From an uncultured Bacilli bacterium (lineage in GTDB: Bacteria; Bacillota_I; Bacilli_A; RF39; UBA660): DNA of 64,000 bases. The notes below the pieces were generated by a model, which worked only from the letters and a program-made list of their open reading frames with translations, was not told where the DNA came from and searched no databases. Shown in pieces: positions 35,518 to 44,755 of this stretch. How positions within the stretch are numbered: position 1 is the first letter of the stretch; each line of letters starts with the position of its first letter. Both the position numbers and the translations under genes were made by a program. The stretch spans positions 67,128-131,127 of the forward strand of contig CAKOMD010000002.1 in assembly GCA_934096555.1 (NCBI GenBank). Reading direction: 5' to 3'.

Positions 35518-36303
35518 TTAAAACTTTTGGGCCATAATCTCGGCAATTTTATCTAAAACTTCACTAGCATTTCGCTCATCAATCTTAGTATAACCAAGTT
35601 CTCTTAATGCCTGTATTTTAGCGGTATTTAATTCCTGTGTACGTGATAATTTTTCTTCTTTTTTAGAGGCAAGCATATTTTCCCATTTTTTATGTGATTC
35701 TGCAAGTCTTGTACGTGAGGCTCCCCCATTACTATATAACGTCATCGCAGAGAACATAATGCTTTCAAAAACATATTGATTGTTTTCATCAAAAGCAAAT
35801 TTATTTGGATCTGTATATCCATAGTTCTTTGAAAAATATGCTAAAATATATTTTAATTCTTTGATAGCATTTAAATTTTCTATAAAGTGATGCAAATAGG
35901 TAACTGTAGCCAATGCCTCCCCTTCTCTACCCTTATTTTCAAGGAGAATATTCTTAGACATCAAAGCAATATCATTTATTAATTCAATTTCATCCTTATT
36001 TAAACCTGTCAAATCAATACAAGTTTTTTCTTTCTTTTCTTCTTCTTTAGCACTATCAAAAATTTTACTACCAACGTTTTGTAAATATTCTTTATTCACA
36101 TCTAAAGCAAGTATTTCGTCAGCACTCTTTACATTTAATAACTCAAATAATAGTTGACACTTTTCATTAGGTAGTTTTGACAAATCAGTACTATCTAAAT
36201 AATTGTAAACCATTTGTCTAGATACTCCTAAATACTTAGCTAAATTAACCTTAGAAATATTTGCTTGTTTTAATATTAAATTTATTTTTTCTACAACATT
36301 CAT
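35518..36303 (-). CDS. HTH-domain protein with an uncharacterised C-terminal domain
   Basis: N-terminal ISKVNLAKYLGVSRQMVYNYL helix-turn-helix. 261 aa. Confidence 0.6.
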   Translation of the reverse strand: MNVVEKINLILKQANISKVNLAKYLGVSRQMVYNYLDSTDLSKLPNEKCQLLFELLNVKSADEILALDVNKEYLQNVGSKIFDSAKEEEKKEKTCIDLTGLNKDEIELINDIALMSKNILLENKGREGEALATVTYLHHFIENLNAIKELKYILAYFSKNYGYTDPNKFAFDENNQYVFESIMFSAMTLYSNGGASRTRLAESHKKWENMLASKKEEKLSRTQELNTAKIQALRELGYTKIDERNASEVLDKIAEIMAQKF

Positions 36304-36407
36304 AATTATGTTAAGCCTCCTATTGTTACCTATATATATTGTAACATTATTACTAAAAATATGTCAAGTAGTTTAATAAATTTAAAAAAACATTAACTAT
36401 TTACAAA

Positions 36408-37106
36408 TTAATGTTTTCTATAAAAATAGTCTACAGTTTTATCATAACCAGCTAGTTTTCTCTTTAATGCCATAGGAGTAGGATTACATGTAAATAATTG
36501 TGAAGCCATCTTATTATATTCTGAAGATAATCTAGCTTTATTTATAGCCTCTTGAAGCATTTTGATTAAAGCATAATAAAGGGCACTCATATTTAATTCA
36601 AATAAGACTTCATAAGATTTATTTTTCTCTATACGATATTTATCGAAATCAAGTAATACTATTTTATTGTCAGTTAAAACCATATTTTTATTATGCAAAT
36701 CTACTACTAAAACTAAGTCTCTAGCTAGTTTTTCCATTGAAGTATATATATCATTAAAGTTATCTAATAAATAAGTTGTTGGCATAAGTAATATATTATC
36801 AATTGTAGATTTATAATACTGCATAGTATAAGCCGCTACTTTATTGTCTTTATCATATAATAGTTCATATAACTTACAGAAATTAGGATTATTAAAGTTT
36901 TTAAAATATTTAAATATATCTTCACTAATAACAGTAGGCACATCGTCAAATATTGTCAGAGGACGCATCTCTGTCTCTTTTAACTTTTTTAAACAGATAC
37001 CATTATCTTCTGTTACTTTATATATATTCCCATAGTTTCCTACTTTATTAATCTTTTCTTCAAGACTATATTCTACTTCTTTACCTTCTTTATTATAATA
37101 CTTCAT
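36408..37106 (-). CDS. Small protein-kinase-fold protein
   Basis: G-loop-like GNYGNIYKV, ICLKKL (Lys), VVDLHNKNMVL (D-x4-N catalytic loop), LLDFD (DFG-like). 232 aa. Confidence 0.5.
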   Translation of the reverse strand: MKYYNKEGKEVEYSLEEKINKVGNYGNIYKVTEDNGICLKKLKETEMRPLTIFDDVPTVISEDIFKYFKNFNNPNFCKLYELLYDKDNKVAAYTMQYYKSTIDNILLMPTTYLLDNFNDIYTSMEKLARDLVLVVDLHNKNMVLTDNKIVLLDFDKYRIEKNKSYEVLFELNMSALYYALIKMLQEAINKARLSSEYNKMASQLFTCNPTPMALKRKLAGYDKTVDYFYRKH

Positions 37107-37207
37107 AATATCCCCCTCTTATTGGCGAATATTATATCATAAACAAGTGTTTGTGTCAAGCACCATAAAATTTATCTAATAACTGTAGTTTATGTATATA
37201 CCCTATG

Positions 37208-37292
37208 CTTATATATAATAGATATGTAGATATATTTATTAGAGACAATACTTTGGCTCTAATAAACACTCTAGAACCTTAGATCTAGAGTG
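37208..37292. repeat. Composite intergenic repeat: 29-nt box plus two hairpins
   Basis: Box identical to 3985-4013. Hairpins tttattagag[acaatactttgg]ctctaataaa and cactctaga[ACCTTAGA]tctagagtg. Confidence 0.85.
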
Positions 37293-37314
37293 TCATAACA
37301 TATAATAAATAATA

Positions 37315-38391
37315 TTATTTTACTTCTTTAATAATTCCTCCACCTAGACAAATATCTCCATCATATAATACACAGAACTGTCCAGGAGTTACAGCTTTAG
37401 ACTTTACATAATTAAGTCTAAGCATATTATTATCTAGATATTCAACTTCCGTATCAATATCAGGCTGTCTATATCTAAATTTACAAGTACATTTACTAGG
37501 TCTTTCATCAGTTAAAAAGTTAAAGTCTTCAATAACAGCGGTATTAGAGAATAAATACTTATTCTCGTCGCCAATAGCAATATATAGAATATTCTTATCT
37601 AAATCTTTCTTTACAACAAACATTCTATCTTCAGTACCACCAATATTTAACCCTCTTCTTTGACCTATTGTATAGTACATAAGACCAATATGTTTACCAA
37701 GTACTTCCCCAGTATCGATATTTACAATATCACCAGGAGTATTAGGTAGGTAATTTTCTAAAAACTGTGTAAAGTTTCTTTCACCAATAAAACATATTCC
37801 CGTAGAATCTTTCTTCTTCGCTGTAATTAAATCGTACTCTTCAGCAATCTTTCTAACTTCAGGCTTCTCGATATCGCCAAGTGGAAATAAAACATTCTTA
37901 AAGATATCTTTATTAACGTAGGCTAAGAAATAAGACTGATCTTTATTTTTATCTTTCGCCTTGGCAAGTTTACCATCGATTAACTTAGCGTAGTGGCCGG
38001 TAGCTACATAATCCGCACCTAGTTCCTTAGCTTTCTTAACAAATAAATCAAACTTAATATATTTATTACACATAACATCAGGATTAGGAGTTCTTCCCTT
38101 CTTAAGTTCGTCTAGGAAATAGGTAAAGACAAAGTCCCAGTACTCTTTAACAAAGTCTACTCTATGTAATGGAATACCAATTTTATTGCAGACTTCTAAA
38201 GCATCATTATAATCTTGTTCCTGAGGACATATATTGTTATTTAAATTAGGATTACCTAAATAATCATTATTAATAGTACTATCCCAATTTCTCATAAATA
38301 AACCTATTACATTATATCCTTGCTTCTTTAGGAGGATGGCCGCTACTGAACTATCTACTCCTCCAGACATACCTATTACTACAGATTTCAT
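37315..38391 (-). CDS. mnmA: tRNA 2-thiouridylase
   Basis: PP-loop GMSGGVDSSV, ..NPDVMCN.., and a C-terminal barrel. 358 aa. Confidence 0.92.
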   Translation of the reverse strand: MKSVVIGMSGGVDSSVAAILLKKQGYNVIGLFMRNWDSTINNDYLGNPNLNNNICPQEQDYNDALEVCNKIGIPLHRVDFVKEYWDFVFTYFLDELKKGRTPNPDVMCNKYIKFDLFVKKAKELGADYVATGHYAKLIDGKLAKAKDKNKDQSYFLAYVNKDIFKNVLFPLGDIEKPEVRKIAEEYDLITAKKKDSTGICFIGERNFTQFLENYLPNTPGDIVNIDTGEVLGKHIGLMYYTIGQRRGLNIGGTEDRMFVVKKDLDKNILYIAIGDENKYLFSNTAVIEDFNFLTDERPSKCTCKFRYRQPDIDTEVEYLDNNMLRLNYVKSKAVTPGQFCVLYDGDICLGGGIIKEVK

Positions 38392-38434
38392 TTAATACAC
38401 CTCTTCAGCTAATAATTATATCATATTTTATAGT

Positions 38435-39067
38435 TTAAATAAATAGTTTTATCATTACTTTTAATAGAGATGGTACTAAATAAGCTTCACATAATGCAGA
38501 TATTAGACATAGTAGAATACATATACCAAATACTAGAACATATTTTTTGAAGAACTTACCTAGATTTACTGTTTTATCTTTGAGAAATATCATTTTAAAT
38601 AAATACTTAGAGAATAGGAGTGTATATACTCCTAGTATAAGGATTATAAGGATATTAATTAACTGACTAGGAACAGTGTATACTAGTGAAGATAGTATTC
38701 CTTTATATTTATATACTAAGATAAAGGAAGATATCGAAAAGCCTATGGTAAAACTTTTCATATATATAAAGAAGATATTAAAGATAACACCAATAATAGA
38801 CATACCAAGTATCCAAGATAATATTATGAGTATCATACCTTCAATTAAACTATTTTTAAAAGAATTAAGATTATTAATGTTGTTAGTATTGATATTAGTC
38901 ATAAAAGTACTAATTTCATTAATAACTTCTGATTTATCATTCTCATTTAATACCATTAGAAAAAGAGAGCCTGATATTATTCCGAGTACCACTATAAATA
39001 TTACAAATAAATTTACTTTCTTATTAGGTAAAATTAGAGCAAGTCCACTATTTAATTTCTTATTCAT
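38435..39067 (-). CDS. spoIIM: Stage II sporulation protein M-like membrane protein
   Basis: 210 aa, ~5 TMs. N-terminal layout resembles SpoIIM. Confidence 0.65.
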   Translation of the reverse strand: MNKKLNSGLALILPNKKVNLFVIFIVVLGIISGSLFLMVLNENDKSEVINEISTFMTNINTNNINNLNSFKNSLIEGMILIILSWILGMSIIGVIFNIFFIYMKSFTIGFSISSFILVYKYKGILSSLVYTVPSQLINILIILILGVYTLLFSKYLFKMIFLKDKTVNLGKFFKKYVLVFGICILLCLISALCEAYLVPSLLKVMIKLFI

Positions 39068-39151
39068 TTCTTATCACCAATAAAGTATATTAATTAATAG
39101 TTGAAAATATGCTTAATATTTAGTATAATTAAATAGAGGTGTATAAATAAA

Positions 39152-39268
39152 ATGAGTAAGAAAAAGAAAAAAGCCAAGGATATCGGCTCTAAGATATTTG
39201 CTTATGTAATGCTTGCCCTAGCGGTAGTATCTGCATTAACATCAATAATAGCGTATATGTTGCACTAG
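39152..39268 (+). CDS. Small Lys-rich, single-TM protein (38 aa, DUF4044-like)
   Basis: MSKKKKKAKDIGSKIFAYVMLALAVVSALTSIIAYMLH. Promoter TTGAAA-17-TATAAT and RBS agaggtg. Not in the ORF track. Confidence 0.5.
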   Translation: MSKKKKKAKDIGSKIFAYVMLALAVVSALTSIIAYMLH

Positions 39269-39331
39269 TATAGACTAAGTGCTTTTTATTTTATACATTA
39301 AAAAAGTATACCTAAAATAGCATACTTATTT

Positions 39332-40081
39332 TTATCTAATAAATAGGAATAGCAATAATAAAGATACCGCAAAGCTAACTACTCCAAGAAGGATATAAGA
39401 GACAAAGCCAGCATTATTTTTAGTATCGTTAGTACCAGTCTTCTTCTTAGGTTCAGTATTAACAATATCTCTAGTCATACTATTAAATGTTTCTGTTTCT
39501 ATTTCTACTGTTTTATCAAGTTTAGGTTCTTCATTCTTACCTACAACGAAATTAATACTAGGAGTCTCTACCATATCATAACTATTAAAGTGATCACTTT
39601 GCTTAACTAATTCTAAAATAGTTTTGTATTCTATTCTATTATTATATCTAGATACAAACCAATTAGTAAATGTTTTAAATGAGTCATTATTTATTATATA
39701 AATATTACTATTTACTTTAATATTATTCTTAGTAAGAAAAGCATAAGCATTATTAAAGATATTACCTAAGTATCCATCTAATCTTTGGTATAATACTAAA
39801 TCTTCAACAATTCTTACTCTATCTAATATACCATCATAAAATATAGGTAATACAAGGGTTACATTATAATTATCAATACTCTTGTAATAATTAATAAGTT
39901 CATTTGTAACACTTTCTAATGAGTTTTTATTTAAATCATATGACTGGTAATTACCCTTTAATCTAAGAACAATATTAGTATCTGTATAATCAGTAAATGG
40001 AACTAGTATATAAAAGCCATAACTTGGTGTACTTATATAATAAATATTATGTTTATTTAATTTATAAATTAGTGTCTCTTT
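39332..40081 (-). CDS. Hypothetical C-terminally anchored protein
   Basis: Start at ATG 40081 with RBS taggagag. C-terminal TM FVSYILLGVVSFAVSLLLLFLF. Confidence 0.5.
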   Translation of the reverse strand, partial: KETLIYKLNKHNIYYISTPSYGFYILVPFTDYTDTNIVLRLKGNYQSYDLNKNSLESVTNELINYYKSIDNYNVTLVLPIFYDGILDRVRIVEDLVLYQRLDGYLGNIFNNAYAFLTKNNIKVNSNIYIINNDSFKTFTNWFVSRYNNRIEYKTILELVKQSDHFNSYDMVETPSINFVVGKNEEPKLDKTVEIETETFNSMTRDIVNTEPKKKTGTNDTKNNAGFVSYILLGVVSFAVSLLLLFLFIR

Positions 40082-40162
40082 CATAATCTCTCCTACTCTA
40101 CTATATAAGTATAACACATTCAAAGTAACTTGTCATTACTTTTTATTAATTTTTTTTATGTT

Positions 40163-40258
40163 CACTATAAGCCAGTAGACTGTCTTATTAGTGTTTATTT
40201 GAGCCAATATGTTATATTGTCTCAAATAAATATATCAGCCATATCTATTATATATAAG
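40163..40258. repeat. Composite intergenic repeat (reverse orientation)
   Basis: Hairpins cactataag[..]cttattagtg and tttatttgag[ccaatatgttatattgt]ctcaaataaa, followed by box variant aatatatcagccatatctattatatataag. Confidence 0.8.
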
Positions 40259-40277
40259 AGAGATTTATATATTTAAA

Positions 40278-41036
40278 TTAAAACAAAAACTTAAAGAGCA
40301 TAAATACTACTCCTATTACAAAGAATAATAGTAGATACTTCTTATTATTATACCTTCTAGCGGTCGGTAGTAGTTCACAAAAAGATATTTGAAGCATAAT
40401 ACCCGCGATTAATGAGAATAATATACCAAGTACTATGTCATTAATAAAGTTCTTTAAAAATATGAATGCTAAAAGAGCTCCTAGTGGTTCTGATAAAGCA
40501 GATACTAATGTATAGAAGATAGCTCTTTTTCTACTACCAGTAGAATAATAAATAGGTACCGATATACTAATACCTTCAGGTATATTATGCATAGCAATGG
40601 CTATTGCAAGAGATAGTCCTAGTTTAATATCACTTGAAGTAGCTACAAAGGTAGCGATACCTTCAGGTAAGTTATGTAATATTATTGCTATCATTGATAT
40701 TATACCTATTTTAAATAAGGATTTATCTTTAGTATCTTGAGGTGGTTTGTCTGGTAGATAGTAATCAATTATCATTGATATTACTATACCTAAAAGTAAG
40801 CCTAAAAAACTAATTACTATGGTAGTTATTTTGCTTAGATTATTACTAAGTAATATTAATGATTCTGGTACTAAATCAGTTACTGATACTGTTATCATAA
40901 CACCCGCTGCAAAAGCAAGTGAAGCCATAACTATCTTATCATGATTTTTCTTTTTTATAAATATTACTAGTACTCCAATCATTGTAGAAAACCCTGCGAA
41001 AAAAGTAAGTAAGAATGCTAAAAAAGTATTATTCAT
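40278..41036 (-). CDS. zupT: ZIP-family zinc transporter
   Basis: HNLPEGIATF and HNIPEGISISVP motifs, 8 TMs. Confidence 0.85.
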   Translation of the reverse strand: MNNTFLAFLLTFFAGFSTMIGVLVIFIKKKNHDKIVMASLAFAAGVMITVSVTDLVPESLILLSNNLSKITTIVISFLGLLLGIVISMIIDYYLPDKPPQDTKDKSLFKIGIISMIAIILHNLPEGIATFVATSSDIKLGLSLAIAIAMHNIPEGISISVPIYYSTGSRKRAIFYTLVSALSEPLGALLAFIFLKNFINDIVLGILFSLIAGIMLQISFCELLPTARRYNNKKYLLLFFVIGVVFMLFKFLF

Positions 41037-41178
41037 TATATCACCTATTTAACTATATGAAAAAAAATACTATCTATACTAAGTATTTTTTAAATAAAAT
41101 GTAATGTATAAGAATATATTAATATCATATAATATTAATGCAAATAAAATAATATTTGCCTATTTTTGCATAGTCATA

Positions 41179-41207
41179 TTGACTTTTTATGTAAAATATA
41201 GTATATT
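41179..41207 (+). promoter_or_regulatory. Promoter of the type III antitoxin RNA / toxN operon
   Basis: TTGACT (41179-41184), 17-nt spacer, TATATT (41202-41207). Confidence 0.6.
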
Positions 41208-41213
41208 ATTATT

Positions 41214-41382
41214 GCATTTGAAAGAGTGCTTAATATGTAAATGTTTCTCGCTTACGGGTGGTGCGAGTAATAAATGATCCCGATTGACAATGTTTCTCGC
41301 TTACGGATGGTGCGAGTAATAAATGATTCCGAAGGAAAATGTTTGAAAACTCTGTTAATATAATGGAGTTTTCTTTTGTTTT
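41214..41382 (+). ncRNA. Type III antitoxin RNA (ToxI/CptI-like), 2.1 x 49-nt repeats plus terminator
   Basis: Repeats at 41241-41289, 41290-41338 and a partial one from 41339. Each contains the hairpin ctcgc-ttacggRtggt-gcgag. Terminator aaaactc/gagtttt plus T-run (41346-41382) directly before toxN. Confidence 0.7.
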
Positions 41383-41415
41383 GTGGTAAAATGTTGTACA
41401 TAGGGAGTTGATTAT

Positions 41416-41883
41416 ATGAAAGTAGAAACTGGATATTTATATCATATTAAAGATGAGTTTTTTGATATTGTTAATGATGATAATCTTATGGCTAATCATG
41501 AACGTGGAAAGAAAAGGCCTACATATTTTACTATTAAGGATAAAGATATATTATGGTTTATTCCTTTGAGTAGTAAAGTTGAAAAATATCAAAAAATCAT
41601 AGATAAAAAAACTGAAAAGTATGGTTTTTGCAACACTATTTTTATTAGGAGAATATTGGAAAAAGACTCTGTTATATTGTTTCAAAATGCATTTCCTACA
41701 TTAGAAAAATATATAGATCATATCCATACTTTAAATGGTGCGCCTGCTAGAGTTGCGGATAATTTAAAAGAGGAAATATTAGAAAACTTTGAAAAATTAT
41801 TAAAACTTAAAAATCACGGTCATAATGTGTTCTTTACTGATGTAGATAAAATTAAAAAACAAATGCTAGAAGAATTAAAATAA
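41416..41883 (+). CDS. toxN: ToxN/AbiQ-family endoribonuclease toxin
   Basis: YLYHIKDEFFDIV..RPTYFTIKDKDILWFIPLSSKVEKYQ parallels ToxN FYTISSKYIEYL..AFIGIVLEIQGHKYLAPLTSPKKWH as I recall it. 155 aa. Preceded by a tandem-repeat RNA and a terminator. Confidence 0.7.
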   Translation: MKVETGYLYHIKDEFFDIVNDDNLMANHERGKKRPTYFTIKDKDILWFIPLSSKVEKYQKIIDKKTEKYGFCNTIFIRRILEKDSVILFQNAFPTLEKYIDHIHTLNGAPARVADNLKEEILENFEKLLKLKNHGHNVFFTDVDKIKKQMLEELK

Positions 41884-41916
41884 AAGTTAATGATAAAAAA
41901 TCAGTTTTGTGTTATG

Positions 41917-42016
41917 TTGACTTTTTATGTAAAATATAGTATATTATTATTGCATTTGAAAGAGTGCTTAATATGTAAATGTTAATCGCTTACGGATGGT
42001 GCGAGTAATAAATGAT
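41917..42016 (+). repeat. Second copy of the promoter, leader and one antitoxin repeat, downstream of toxN
   Basis: 100-nt direct repeat of 41179-41278 with about 4 substitutions. Two of them (tttctcgc to ttaatcgc) weaken the repeat hairpin. Confidence 0.8.
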
Positions 42017-42059
42017 CTCAGTTGTAAATAAAAGAATTATAAAAAGGAATACAAGTATC

Positions 42060-42374
42060 TTAGTATTTCTTTTTTCTTTTCCTAATCTTACTGTTTTTAA
42101 CTTCTAATGCAGGTTTAACTATTGGTACAATATGATCTTCACCATCATGTACAATAAAAGGACAGTCAATAGTACACGATGGCATTAAATAGTATTCGTC
42201 AGTTAAAAGCTTATCATATACATCTTTAGACATATCAATAAATAGTGGAAACATTCTATCAAACTTTTCATAATGACCTACTCTCATAGTATAAATAATA
42301 TCATTATTATTAAGATTAATAGTTTCATTCTTCTTTTTCCAGTATTCTACTTTATAAATATAAATATTTTCCAT
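42060..42374 (-). CDS. Hypothetical protein
   Basis: Start at ATG 42374 with RBS taggag. Basic C-terminal tail. Confidence 0.45.
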   Translation of the reverse strand: MENIYIYKVEYWKKKNETINLNNNDIIYTMRVGHYEKFDRMFPLFIDMSKDVYDKLLTDEYYLMPSCTIDCPFIVHDGEDHIVPIVKPALEVKNSKIRKRKKKY

Positions 42375-42462
42375 AATTTCTCCTATTTGGTTAAGATTAC
42401 TTAACACTAACTATTATAACATATTCTATGCTAAATAATATACAAAATTAAAAACATTGGTA

Positions 42463-42747
42463 TTATTTTCTATTAAAACTATACCAATGCTTCTTTTTAC
42501 TTTTTACCATACCATTACTATATCTATAAAGTAAATAATTATAATCTTCTTTAAAATCATTAGTATCGGTAGGTATTAGACTATCTTCGATTACATAGTC
42601 TTTTTCATTTGTATCCGTAGTATATTCTCTTTCATTTAATAAATCAATATACACTACTCTATCTTTTGAATATAATACTGCTTTTTCTATTTTACTATTT
42701 CTTTTTTTAGAATGAAATATATCTCCGACATAGAAATTATCTTCCAT
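42463..42747 (-). CDS. Hypothetical protein
   Basis: 94-aa ORF overlapping the upstream membrane-protein gene by 11 nt. Confidence 0.45.
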   Translation of the reverse strand: MEDNFYVGDIFHSKKRNSKIEKAVLYSKDRVVYIDLLNEREYTTDTNEKDYVIEDSLIPTDTNDFKEDYNYLLYRYSNGMVKSKKKHWYSFNRK

Positions 42748-43066
42748 AATTAAACATTCCTTTAAATAAATTGTTACTTAAAACATTAAGATCAAGTTCA
42801 AAAGATAAATCTATATTAAGAGTATCTCTAATATCTTCAATTATATACATATAATTTTTAATAATATTATATATACTAATAAATGATATAATAGTACAAA
42901 TAATGGCTATAATATTAATTATTAAGTAATTAAAGATACTACTTAGTAAAAGAATAAAAGATAACTTAAAACATACTTGAAGTACTTTAATAATCATTTT
43001 CATAAAAAAGTAATTATAATTATATTTAGCTTCTTCTAACTGATTAGCTATATAACTCATATTCAT
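42737..43066 (-). CDS. Hypothetical membrane protein
   Basis: 109 aa with two TM segments. Confidence 0.45.
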   Translation of the reverse strand: MNMSYIANQLEEAKYNYNYFFMKMIIKVLQVCFKLSFILLLSSIFNYLIINIIAIICTIISFISIYNIIKNYMYIIEDIRDTLNIDLSFELDLNVLSNNLFKGMFNYGR

Positions 43067-43228
43067 ACTATCACCTCTTCATAGGCTAATATTTTACAAT
43101 AAAATAGTTGTAAAGTCAAGTAAATCAAGGTAATTTATGAATATGGTAAATATTATCTTTCATAATTTTATCTATAAGAGAGATACTAATAATGTAGTCT
43201 GTGAATATAGTTAAAGGAGATGTATTTT

Positions 43229-44224
43229 ATGTTTTTTAAAAAAATAAAAAACAATGTTATTCTGCTGATACTCTCATTATTTATTATTCCCACTTATGCC
43301 CTTGCTTATTCAGATTATGTAATAGCGGGAGGAGAAAATATTGGTATTGAACTTAATTCTAAAGGTATAATTATCGTAGGTACTTATAGTGTTAATAATA
43401 CTAATCCTGCTAAAGAGGCTGGACTACAAAATGGTGATAAGATAATTAAAATTAATTCTAAAGATGTAGATACTATTAAAGATATGATAACCACTATTGA
43501 GAATAGTAATAATAAAGATAATTTATCTATTACCTATTTAAGGGGAAGTAAAGAGAATACTACTAATATTAAATTAGTTAAATCTGAAGGTGATATCTAT
43601 AAGACAGGACTATATGTTAAAGATAGTATAACTGGTGTTGGAACACTTACCTACATTGATCCTAATACTAAGCTATTTGGGGCATTAGGACATGAAATAA
43701 TTGAAAAAAATACTGGGCAAAAACTTGAAATAAAAGATGGTAAAATATATAGTTCTACTGTAACAGGAGTTACCCGAAGTAGTATTGGTAGTCCTGGTGA
43801 AAAGAATGCTAGATATGATAGTTCTAAGGTATTTGGTAATGTATTTGAAAATACTAATAAGGGTATATTTGGTACATATACTAGTGATATTCCCAATAAG
43901 AAACTATATGCTGTAGCTAAAGATAGTGATATTAGTACTGGTAAAGCAAGTATTTTTACTGTAGTTAATAATGATAAAGTAGAAGAATTTACTATTAATA
44001 TTATTAAAATTAATAATAATGATGCTGTTACTAAGAATATATTATTTGAAGTGACTGATAAGAATCTACTTGATTTAACTGGTGGTATTGTTCAAGGAAT
44101 GAGTGGTAGTCCAATAATTCAAGGTGATTATATTATTGGAGCAGTAACTCATGTAGTAGTAGATGATCCTACTAAAGGATATGGTATATTTATTACTAAA
44201 ATGTTAGAGGAAGCAGAAAACTAA
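43229..44224 (+). CDS. spoIVB: SpoIVB peptidase (S55) with PDZ domain
   Basis: PDZ AGLQNGDKIIKINSKDV, catalytic-region GALGHEI and GMSGSPII. Confidence 0.85.
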   Translation: MFFKKIKNNVILLILSLFIIPTYALAYSDYVIAGGENIGIELNSKGIIIVGTYSVNNTNPAKEAGLQNGDKIIKINSKDVDTIKDMITTIENSNNKDNLSITYLRGSKENTTNIKLVKSEGDIYKTGLYVKDSITGVGTLTYIDPNTKLFGALGHEIIEKNTGQKLEIKDGKIYSSTVTGVTRSSIGSPGEKNARYDSSKVFGNVFENTNKGIFGTYTSDIPNKKLYAVAKDSDISTGKASIFTVVNNDKVEEFTINIIKINNNDAVTKNILFEVTDKNLLDLTGGIVQGMSGSPIIQGDYIIGAVTHVVVDDPTKGYGIFITKMLEEAEN

Positions 44225-44254
44225 AGAGGATATTATTCCTCTTCTTTTATATAT

Positions 44255-44307
44255 CCTCTTAAGCCTTGGTCTTAAGAGGCAATTTGAAGCCTAAGGTCTT
44301 CAAATTG
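44255..44307. repeat. Loop-conserved hairpin pair
   Basis: cctcttaag[CCTTGGT]cttaagagg and caatttgaag[CCTAAGGT]cttcaaattg. Confidence 0.85.
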
Positions 44308-44522
44308 ATACTCTTTGTTTAGTGTAACGATCATATTAAAAAAACTAGAGTGAAGTCTCTAGTTTCCGCAAATGATGTTTCAAATTTATTTATGTCGAAT
44401 TGGTATAATGACGCTTTTTTAGTTTCCAATTTAATGGATGGATACACCACTTTTTTTAATTTTAGTGAGTTTCTCTTACACAGCATAATAAAACTATATA
44501 TTTTTATGCTTATCAATATTTT

Positions 44523-44753
44523 TTATTCACTTACAGTGAAATCATCTAATTTACCATTTTCAAGCATAATTTTATTTACTTTTTCAGTTACTTTGTTTAA
44601 CTTATCAGAGCATTCTTTAGCTAGTTTCATAGCTTCAGTATATTTATTTATTGCTTCATCAAGTGGTACTTCTCCTGTTTCTAATTCTTTTACTATTTCT
44701 TCAAGTAATTTAATTTTTTCTTCAAAAGTCATTTCTTCTTTTTCTTTTGCCAC
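44523..44753 (-). CDS. xseB: Exodeoxyribonuclease VII small subunit
   Basis: FEEKIKLLEEIVKELETGEVPLDEAINKYTEAMKL is typical of XseB. Follows xseA. Confidence 0.88.
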   Translation of the reverse strand: MAKEKEEMTFEEKIKLLEEIVKELETGEVPLDEAINKYTEAMKLAKECSDKLNKVTEKVNKIMLENGKLDDFTVSE

Positions 44754-44755
44754 TT

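Noticed and set aside
41241-41345. Tandem 49-nt repeats considered as a mini CRISPR array.
   Set aside because: The repeats are directly contiguous with no spacers. There are only 2.1 units and no cas genes. They sit between a promoter and a terminator in front of a ToxN-like gene, which is the type III antitoxin layout.
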